Assembly: GCA_030646995.1 (NCBI GenBank)
Contig: JAUSKF010000001.1
Location: forward strand, 5,700-69,699
Direction of reading: 5' to 3'
Length of the DNA: 64,000 nucleotides
DNA from: a bacterium
GTDB lineage: Bacteria > Patescibacteriota > Minisyncoccia > UBA6257 > WO2-44-18
Shown here one piece after another: positions 56,970-64,000 of this stretch. Position numbers and translations under genes: made by a program. The notes under the pieces were generated by a model that saw nothing but the letters and a program-made list of their open reading frames with translations, was not told where the DNA came from and made no database searches. How positions within the stretch are numbered: the stretch's first letter is position 1; the number at the start of each line of letters is the position of its first letter.

Positions 56970-57524
56970 CTAAAGCTTTACCGCTGGAGCGTTCTCGGCG
57001 CCGGCTGCAGCCTCAAAATAATTCCTTTGAGAAAATCCGAAAATGCCCGCCACTAAACTGCTGGGAAAAGTTTTAATGGAAACATTCAAAACGCGCACGC
57101 CATCGTTAAACCTTTTCCTTTCAACGCTGACCCTATTTTCTGTTCCTTCAAGTTGAACCATCAAAGTCTGCACATTAGCCGAAGATTGGAGTTGAGGATA
57201 ATTTTCCATAATAGCGAGCAGTCTGCCGAAAGCGCTCTCCACTCCGGTAGCGGCGGCGGCTTTGTCGTTGATAGTAGCGGCGCCGGCATAACGAGTTCTG
57301 GCATCAGCCAATGCAGTAAAAATAGTCTGCTCCTGCTTCATCACCCCTTTCACCGACTCAACGAGGTTAGGAATCAAATCAAGTCTCCGCTGATATTGTG
57401 TTTCAACTTGCGCCCACTGGTTATCTACCGCCTCCCCTTTCGCCACCAAACCGTTGTAGGTAGACATTACGTAAACCGCCACAACCAATACTACGCCTGC
57501 GACTATCAATAGTGTTTTTTTCAT
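56970..57524 (-). CDS. lemA: LemA family protein
   Basis: N-terminal TM; LemA signature YNGLVAKGEAVDNQWAQVETQYQRR. Confidence 0.7.
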   Translation of the reverse strand: MKKTLLIVAGVVLVVAVYVMSTYNGLVAKGEAVDNQWAQVETQYQRRLDLIPNLVESVKGVMKQEQTIFTALADARTRYAGAATINDKAAAATGVESAFGRLLAIMENYPQLQSSANVQTLMVQLEGTENRVSVERKRFNDGVRVLNVSIKTFPSSLVAGIFGFSQRNYFEAAAGAENAPAVKL

Positions 57525-57550
57525 AAAGTTAGTATACCATCCCATTTTAG

Positions 57551-57574
57551 TTATATAAGTCTGGTACACGTAAC
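57551..57574 (-). promoter_or_regulatory. Promoter-proximal motif A (TTATATAAGTCTGGTACACGTAAC)
   Basis: 30-53 nt upstream of the lemA start codon. Confidence 0.4.
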
Positions 57575-57744
57575 AAACTTTTCTGCTTACACTGAGCTTG
57601 CCGAAGTGCGGGCGGTGTCGGTCTAGAACCGACCCGATGTGAGCATTATAGGGCTTTCTTGGGGTTCATTCCAGTAGGCCGTTTGAGGTGTCTCGGTCGG
57701 GGGTCTTTATTCGGGAAATGAGACAAATGGGACACTGTAGGAGG

Positions 57745-58851
57745 TTACCGTTCGCTAATCACAACGCCAACCCTCTCAACCGCCTGGACTGTATTACCAG
57801 ATTGGTCATACCAACTCAATCCTCTAGGCGCTGGTATTAAAATTAGAGTCCTCGGACGAGCTGTGAGTGCCTTCAGGACGACGCATAAAATAAACTTATC
57901 TCGATTCTTCTTTGAGTATGCATATTCGTTCGGAGTAAGTTCAATATTGATGCGGTCGCCCTTCGAACCTTTGACCTCGATATGAAGCTGGCGGCCACTC
58001 ACCGATGTAGCTCGAACATCATAGCCAATCTTTTTTAGACTCACGTCCTCAACTAAATAGCCTCTATGCCTATAGGCCTCCATAACGCACTCCATTGCCC
58101 GCTTTTCAATTTCCATTCTCTCTTTGGTGTCCTGAATCCAACCGCCACGCCCCGCACTAAAGGCTCCTTTGCGCGACTTCGCCTGGCGGCTTGAGAATTC
58201 CCCGGCCTTAATAACCTTTAGAACACGCTCGTTGGTTAATTCGTTGCCGTACCAAAAGGGGCTTTGGCCGGGTTTTCCTTGTCGAGTGTTACCACTAATC
58301 GGTAACGCCGGGCGCTCGCCGGGCGCCAGCAACTTCGAGGAAGCCACTAGAGACTCGACGGTAAATTCACAAACATCGCCGCTATTTGTCGTCCGGTTCT
58401 TTGCCGGGGATCCTTCAGGTTTCTGCCGCTTGGCCCATACGCGAGCCCCATTAGACCATCCGACGATGACTCTCCCGCCCAAATATCGATGAGTAGCAAA
58501 CCATATAACGGTCACCCCGTCCAAATACATAGCGTCTAAACCGGCGCCAAGCCTACTCAGGTCGGGGTTCTTGCCGCCTGGCGCGTGACCGAAATATTTT
58601 GTGCCATAAGGTTTAAAATTAAACTGAGTATGATCGTTGAGAGGCTCATCTCTCGTGTACTTAAATTTTCCATACGGCATGTCATCATCCGAAGCACCTT
58701 GGTAACGCTCCATCCAGGGTATATTAATATATAAAATAGGAGCTTCTTTCATTAGTACATTGTAACGTATAATAGTGCCCACCTCATGCCACTTAGTCAC
58801 CTCGATATCTCCTAACTGGCGGGGCGGTATCAGCTTAGACCAATGGGACAC
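57745..58851 (-). CDS. Hypothetical protein with a C-terminal PD-(D/E)xK (restriction-endonuclease-like, DUF3883-like) domain
   Basis: C-terminal GYDV...(D)...IEVKGSKG fits the D-x(n)-E-x-K nuclease motif; N-terminal 230 aa unknown; GTG start. Confidence 0.35.
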   Translation of the reverse strand: MSHWSKLIPPRQLGDIEVTKWHEVGTIIRYNVLMKEAPILYINIPWMERYQGASDDDMPYGKFKYTRDEPLNDHTQFNFKPYGTKYFGHAPGGKNPDLSRLGAGLDAMYLDGVTVIWFATHRYLGGRVIVGWSNGARVWAKRQKPEGSPAKNRTTNSGDVCEFTVESLVASSKLLAPGERPALPISGNTRQGKPGQSPFWYGNELTNERVLKVIKAGEFSSRQAKSRKGAFSAGRGGWIQDTKERMEIEKRAMECVMEAYRHRGYLVEDVSLKKIGYDVRATSVSGRQLHIEVKGSKGDRINIELTPNEYAYSKKNRDKFILCVVLKALTARPRTLILIPAPRGLSWYDQSGNTVQAVERVGVVISER

Positions 58852-58920
58852 AGCTTAGGAGAACGACTCGCGTCTCACTCCTCCAGCTTCTTGGGACGTT
58901 AATTTAAGTTTATACTGTAG

Positions 58921-59670
58921 GTGTTATTTAGTAAATTTATGCGTAAAAAAACACAAAGTGAAAAATTTGCTGACTTGCTATATAGCAATCCGGAATTCCA
59001 AAAGGCGGTCATAATCATACGCCGCCGCTTCGGCATACCCGACCCTGGATTTATTAAAAAAGATGATCGGGCAGAGTTTATAAAAAAATTCAGCAAGGAG
59101 TCCCTAAGTAAGGCATCGGATCCCTTGCTTATCAGTAGGGTTCGCAAATTACGCCAGGACTACGAAGCCGGAAAAATTTCTCGCCAGAAATATCTTTTCA
59201 CTGTCAGAGAGCTTGAGTGGGTAGTGCCGCAATTTCGTATAGATCGAGAAATAAAAAATCTCAGAGCGGAATTTAAGATATCGAACCATTGGGATTTTGT
59301 GCTACTCAGCCACATCATTTCCGGTGAGAAACATTGGTCGCAAAGCTGCGTCCCAGGAATTTTTCTTATCGGAGATGGACCTGAGGCGGAAATTAAAATC
59401 ACAATTGATGCTAACGCAACACAGAAGGAATTATTGGATATCTGGCCGACGATACAAGAATTCCAAAAAAGACTGCCGAACTATCGCGGCGGGAAATTGA
59501 GAAAGTTAAAAAATTTAGAACGGGACTCTAGAATAGTTGAAATGCGCGCCAAGGGTATGAAGGATAGAGAAATCACCGAAGAAATAAACCGATTGTATAA
59601 AGGCACGCCTGTAAGCTATGAATATGTACCGAAAATATTGAAACGCTATAAGGTCCGTACCGGACACTAA
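58921..59670 (+). CDS. Hypothetical protein (phage-like block)
   Basis: 249 aa; the basic C-terminus may be a HTH; no catalytic motif. Confidence 0.3.
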   Translation: MLFSKFMRKKTQSEKFADLLYSNPEFQKAVIIIRRRFGIPDPGFIKKDDRAEFIKKFSKESLSKASDPLLISRVRKLRQDYEAGKISRQKYLFTVRELEWVVPQFRIDREIKNLRAEFKISNHWDFVLLSHIISGEKHWSQSCVPGIFLIGDGPEAEIKITIDANATQKELLDIWPTIQEFQKRLPNYRGGKLRKLKNLERDSRIVEMRAKGMKDREITEEINRLYKGTPVSYEYVPKILKRYKVRTGH

Positions 59671-59821
59671 GGGATTCTTCCTAGCGCCTTATACGAAATA
59701 ATTCCCCGCCCCCAAGCTGTAGTTATGAGACTACGGTTTTATTTTGTCGTCTCTGGTCGAGGTCGACGACCGAATTTACAAGAAGATCGAATGAAAACTT
59801 AAAATAAAAAATAATAAAAAC

Positions 59822-61153
59822 ATGGATAAACCAATAAAACAAAAATTAAACATTCAATACGTTCCGGTGAGTGATTTGCGGCCGGCGTCGTACAATCCGC
59901 GCAAGCATTCCCAAGAACAGGCAGGTCAGCTAAAAGAAAGCATTAAGAAATTTGGACTAGTGGACCCATTACTGGTTAATTCTGCGCCCAGCCGAAAAGG
60001 AATTGTAATCGGCGGCCACTTCCGACTCGAGGTCGTTAAAGAAATGGGCTTCAAAGAAGTGCCGGTCGTCTACATCAATGTCCCCGACATCGAAAAGGAA
60101 AAAGAACTTTGCATCCGGTTAAATTTGAACACCGGCGAGTTCGACTGGGATCTATTGGCCGACTTCGAGGAGGTATTTCTGAAAGACGTTGGCTTCTCCA
60201 GCGAAGACTTGGACGATATCTTCGGCATAGACGATAATCCGGAAATATTTGATCTCCAAAAGGAGTTAAAGAAACTCGATATCACTAAGATTCTGATTAA
60301 GAAAGGAGATGTCTGGCAGTTGGGCACACACCGCCTTATGTGCGGCGACTCAACCACTGCCTCCGACTTCTCGAAGCTCATGGGCGGCGATAAGGCGTCG
60401 CTCTGCCTGACAGACCCACCGTATCGCCTGGACTACCTCAAAGGTAAGAAGAAAAACGGCAAAGCGACTGAAGGATTCGGGTACAAGCGTGACCGTAAAT
60501 ATTTAGAAACCGATTCAATTCCGGAGGACTTCACAGAAAAATGGATGGCGAATATCGCCAAAGCAGCCAAAGAGGATTTCCATATCATTGTATACGAAAA
60601 TTGGAAAAATATCCGACTTATTTGGGGCGAGATGGAGAAATATTGGAAAGTTCGCAATATGATTGTCTGGCATTTACCAAACCGGATGCAAGGTTTTGCG
60701 GCGAAGTATAGGTTCTTCAATAAGCACGACATTGCGATGGTTGGATCCTCGGGCAAATCCGAAATTCGCTTGAACTCCGAAGGCGAACTATTGGATAACG
60801 AATATCAGACGGCGCTTTATGCCACTGCCGGCAAGCCGCATTGGGAAGGCTACGAGAAAGGAAAGAAAATCTGCCCGACGGATTTTATTGAGTACAAATC
60901 GGCGGACGCAAAAAGTTCCGGACAGGGAATAATTTTCGGAACAAAGCCAGTAGAGATCCTGATTCCGTACATGAAAGTTTTAACCAAGCGCGGAGATCTG
61001 GTAGTTGAGCCGTTTGGAGGTAGTGGATCAACCTTGATCACGGCTGAGAAAATGAAGCGCCGTTGTTTCTTGATGGAAAAATCGCCAGTCTACGCCGAAG
61101 TGATAAAACATCGCTGGGAGAAATTAACTGGCCTTAAAGCCAAAAAATTATGA
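59822..61153 (+). CDS. ParB-like nuclease domain fused to a beta-class N6-adenine/N4-cytosine DNA methyltransferase
   Basis: N-terminal ParB box (VPVSDLRPASYNPRK...GGHFRLE); methyltransferase motif IV DPPY (LCLTDPPYRLDY) precedes motif I FGGSGST. Confidence 0.7.
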   Translation: MDKPIKQKLNIQYVPVSDLRPASYNPRKHSQEQAGQLKESIKKFGLVDPLLVNSAPSRKGIVIGGHFRLEVVKEMGFKEVPVVYINVPDIEKEKELCIRLNLNTGEFDWDLLADFEEVFLKDVGFSSEDLDDIFGIDDNPEIFDLQKELKKLDITKILIKKGDVWQLGTHRLMCGDSTTASDFSKLMGGDKASLCLTDPPYRLDYLKGKKKNGKATEGFGYKRDRKYLETDSIPEDFTEKWMANIAKAAKEDFHIIVYENWKNIRLIWGEMEKYWKVRNMIVWHLPNRMQGFAAKYRFFNKHDIAMVGSSGKSEIRLNSEGELLDNEYQTALYATAGKPHWEGYEKGKKICPTDFIEYKSADAKSSGQGIIFGTKPVEILIPYMKVLTKRGDLVVEPFGGSGSTLITAEKMKRRCFLMEKSPVYAEVIKHRWEKLTGLKAKKL

Positions 61154-61566
61154 AACGGGCAACTAAGGCGCTGCTTCTAGAGCAGCTGAAGAAAACTCCG
61201 ATTGTTCAGATCGCTTGCGAGAAGGCTGGCGTGGGTCGGGCAACGTACTATCGCTGGCGCAAGGAAGATCCAGAATTCTCTAAGATGGCGGACGAAGCCA
61301 TCTTAGAGGGCAGCTTTCTCGTTAATGATATGGCCGAGACCCAGCTCATGTCCGCCATTAGAGACCGGAACCTAACTGCGATTATCTTTTGGCTTAAGCA
61401 CCATCACTCCCAATACACCAACCGCTTGGAAATTAGCGGCCAGATTACTCATTTACGTAAAGAGCTCACCGAAGAAGAAAAACAGATGGTCGAAAAGGCA
61501 TTACGCTTGGCAATGCCGCAGGAAAACGAAGAGCTAAATCAAAACAATGGAGAACCAACTACCTAA
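61150..61566 (+). CDS. Phage terminase small subunit (HTH)
   Basis: 138 aa; HTH IACEKAGVGRATYYRWRKEDPEF; overlaps and directly precedes the terminase large subunit. Confidence 0.5.
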   Translation: MKRATKALLLEQLKKTPIVQIACEKAGVGRATYYRWRKEDPEFSKMADEAILEGSFLVNDMAETQLMSAIRDRNLTAIIFWLKHHHSQYTNRLEISGQITHLRKELTEEEKQMVEKALRLAMPQENEELNQNNGEPTT

Positions 61567-63019
61567 TAAACCCGAGGAAATCATCCAGAGAATGATTAAC
61601 GATCCGAATTTCCGGCTAGAACTAGTTCGGGATAGCCATTACTGGTTTATGCACTTTTATTTTCCTCATTATGTCACCTATCCGACCGCAGATTTCCAAA
61701 AGGAAATATTCCAGCTTACTGAATCCTCAGATAGAACGGTGGTGATCACGGCCTTCCGTGGCTCGGCGAAATCAACAATCTGTACCCTCTCATATGCTAT
61801 TTGGGCAATTCTCGGAAAGCAGGGAAAGAAGTTCGTAATAATGACCAGCCAAACTCAGCGCCAAGCTCGTCAGCATCTGATGAACTTGAAACGGGAGCTA
61901 GAGAGCAACCCCTTACTTTTGCGAGATTTAGGCCCCTTTCATGAGGAGCAAGATGAGTGGGGTGGATACTCTTTGGTGATCACTAAATATGGGGCAAGGA
62001 TTACCGCGGCATCCTCCGAGCAAAGTATAAGAGGACTGCGCCACATGAACTATCGGCCAGATCTGATAATTGCCGACGATATCGAGGACTTACAATCAAC
62101 GAGAACTAAAGAAGCGCGCGACAAGACTTACGACTGGCTGTTGGGCGACGTAATCCCAGCCGGTGATCAAAATACCAAGTTGATTATCGTGGGAAATCTT
62201 CTTCACGAGGATTCAGTAATGATGCGGCTGAAGTCGAGTATTGAGGAAGGGAAAATCGATGGAGTTTTCCGGGCGTACCCGATAATCGGTGAGGGCAATA
62301 AAATCCTTTGGCCTGGAAAATACCCGACGCTGGAAGCAGTGGAAAATGAAAAACGCAAAACAGGAAACGAGTCGGCTTGGAATCGGGAATACTTGTTACG
62401 GATCGTCAGCGATTCAGAACGAGTCGTTCATCCCGAATGGATTCAGCATTATAAAGAGCTGCCCGATAAAGATCATTTGCGCTATACCGCAACAGGAGTT
62501 GATCTGGCTATATCGCTAAAAGAAACCGCTGACCGCACAGCAATGGTTTCGGCAAATATTTATGGCTATGGCGAGGATCTTAAAATCTACATCCTTCCCA
62601 ATCCCATCAATGAGCGGCTGACATTTCCGCAGACGGTCGACCGGATAAAACTTTTGTCCAAGGTTCTTGGAGAGGGAGCGCAATCGCATATGTATATAGA
62701 AGAGGTTAGCTACCAGCGCTCGTTGATCGAACAACTTAACCGCGAGGGATACCACGCAGAAGGAGTTAAACTGCACGGCCAAGACAAACGCTCTCGGCTG
62801 GCTTTGACGACCGCCATGATTCAAAACGGTCAGATTGTTTTTCCCGAAAAAGGAGCCGAGGATTTAATTCAACAGCTGACTGGTTTTGGGGTGGAAAGAT
62901 TCGATGATCTTGCCGACGCTTTTTCTTTGCTCGTTCTAAAAACCACAACAGAAACTCATGCAGAGCCAAACATAACTTGGATAGACCTCGGGCCGCCGCG
63001 CGGGTGGCAGAGTTTTTAG
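61547..63019 (+). CDS. Phage terminase large subunit (Terminase_6/PBSX XtmB-like)
   Basis: N-terminal ATPase with Walker A AFRGSAKST and Walker B LIIADDIED; C-terminal RNase H-like nuclease domain (ATGVDLAIS...D...D); 490 aa. Confidence 0.75.
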   Translation: MENQLPNKPEEIIQRMINDPNFRLELVRDSHYWFMHFYFPHYVTYPTADFQKEIFQLTESSDRTVVITAFRGSAKSTICTLSYAIWAILGKQGKKFVIMTSQTQRQARQHLMNLKRELESNPLLLRDLGPFHEEQDEWGGYSLVITKYGARITAASSEQSIRGLRHMNYRPDLIIADDIEDLQSTRTKEARDKTYDWLLGDVIPAGDQNTKLIIVGNLLHEDSVMMRLKSSIEEGKIDGVFRAYPIIGEGNKILWPGKYPTLEAVENEKRKTGNESAWNREYLLRIVSDSERVVHPEWIQHYKELPDKDHLRYTATGVDLAISLKETADRTAMVSANIYGYGEDLKIYILPNPINERLTFPQTVDRIKLLSKVLGEGAQSHMYIEEVSYQRSLIEQLNREGYHAEGVKLHGQDKRSRLALTTAMIQNGQIVFPEKGAEDLIQQLTGFGVERFDDLADAFSLLVLKTTTETHAEPNITWIDLGPPRGWQSF

Positions 63020-63023
63020 ACTA

Positions 63024-63854
63024 TTAACAGTTCTTAGCTTTCCGCCAGCCAGCACTCACGGCATCTGCTTCACTGCAGAACCATTGTTCACCACGAGCTT
63101 CGTCAATTTGAGTTTTGGAGTACGATCCGCAACCCTCTACATGGAAAATTTTCTCTCCGGTCGAACTAATATTGCCCTTAATAGTGCACGAGGATCCGCT
63201 TGGCGCTACCGGGGTTGGAGTGGTTGGTTGTGACGCTGGAGGCGTAGTTTGAATTGGGCAGGAACCCCATAAACCAAGATTATTATCTCTCGCGACGCGC
63301 TGTGCTTCGATAAACTGACTTTGGTGTTTAACGTCTGGCGGGTATGTATAAGAAGAAGCAAAGCCACCACTTACCAATTTAAGATTGATGAAATCGTCGC
63401 CCACATAAACATAGCGAAGAAGACGGCCATATCTATCGGTGTCGGTAATATCTTTTTCTAGGCGTATTCTTTTGCCTTCAACGAGCTCTTTATTCCTAAC
63501 GCTGGCTTCTTTGCCAAAGCATTGGACGGGCTTTCGTGGATCAACCGTTTCCGGGGTGTCGATACCGATATACCGGACTCGCTGGCCGCCTTCGATTTCA
63601 ATTGTGTCGCCATCAATGACGCGAGTTACTAAAAATGTTCCGTTTGTATCTGCGGGGGGCCTTTTCACAATCGGGAGCGATTCTTCGCGATTGTCGTTTT
63701 GTGGAGCTGGCTGATCGGTGAGTTGCTGATTGTCTTTTAACTGAGCCACCGGATTCAGTGCCACTATAGTAACGGCTGAGAGTAAGCCAATGATTCCAAT
63801 GACAACCAATATTTCAACAAGCGTAAATCCTAAATCTTTCCTCACTTTTTTCAT
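63024..63854 (-). CDS. Type IV pilin-like N-terminus fused to a staphylococcal (micrococcal) nuclease-like domain
   Basis: Class III signal GFTLVEILVVIGIIGLL (prepilin peptidase site), then a thermonuclease core IDGDTIEIEGGQRVRYIGIDTPE...RYGRLLRYV; a Cys-rich C-terminal domain follows. Confidence 0.65.
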   Translation of the reverse strand: MKKVRKDLGFTLVEILVVIGIIGLLSAVTIVALNPVAQLKDNQQLTDQPAPQNDNREESLPIVKRPPADTNGTFLVTRVIDGDTIEIEGGQRVRYIGIDTPETVDPRKPVQCFGKEASVRNKELVEGKRIRLEKDITDTDRYGRLLRYVYVGDDFINLKLVSGGFASSYTYPPDVKHQSQFIEAQRVARDNNLGLWGSCPIQTTPPASQPTTPTPVAPSGSSCTIKGNISSTGEKIFHVEGCGSYSKTQIDEARGEQWFCSEADAVSAGWRKAKNC

Positions 63855-64000
63855 TAATCGTGGTTAATTTAATTTCTAGAGAGCCAAGGTATTAACAATA
63901 ATTTTACCGCCTTTGCATTGTAAGAGAATTGTGTCGTCAACTTTGACAGCTTCTGTTTTTGATGGGAATGGAATAACGCCTGTTTTTGTTGAGATTATGC

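Noticed and set aside
57729-58858. Direct repeats CAATGGGACAC...TAGGAG flanking the PD-(D/E)xK gene as possible att sites
   Set aside because: Only about 15 of 20 positions match. One copy overlaps the gene start. The shared GGGACAC core also belongs to motif B, so it is more likely partial regulator half-sites or chance than insertion boundaries.

Overview
This 64 kb window is a gene-dense chromosomal segment of a small-genome bacterium, most likely from the Candidate Phyla Radiation (Patescibacteria). The lineage call is an inference from the compact housekeeping set (FtsEX, LepA, short AspRS with GatCA, MnmA, EF-P, SecDF, MurD, LigA, ThyA/FolA, TypA), the absence of biosynthetic genes, and the surface/DNA-uptake genes (sortase with an ice-binding-like DUF3494 substrate, prepilin peptidase, PilT, a PilM-like protein, ComEC, ComF, a pilin-fused nuclease). 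The standard genetic code appears to be in use. I identified 12 tRNA genes by hand-folding and many intrinsic terminators.

The most striking non-genic feature is a family of about 130-150 nt GC-rich structured elements. They sit immediately 3' of three different tRNA genes (Lys, Arg, Ser), and each is flanked by a 15-18 bp direct repeat of that tRNA's 3' end.

Other notable points:
- A 20+ bp palindromic motif lies at a fixed distance (about 80-110 nt) upstream of pilT, of an AAA+ ATPase with a coiled-coil insert, of a tandem metallophosphoesterase and of a small winged-helix gene.
- A second promoter-proximal motif occurs three times.
- There are several long-hairpin MITE-like repeats, and a repeated terminator module.
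- A candidate structured ncRNA of about 180 nt lies upstream of a small ORF.
- The release factor 2 gene is N-terminally truncated.
- ComEC is split around an HTH gene that is flanked by copies of a 20 bp palindrome.
- A short phage-derived block (ParB-methyltransferase fusion, terminase small and large subunits, plus a PD-(D/E)xK-like protein) carries no structural genes.
- The last complete gene is a pilin-anchored staphylococcal-type nuclease.

Every functional call rests on motif recognition in the translated ORFs. No database searches were run.
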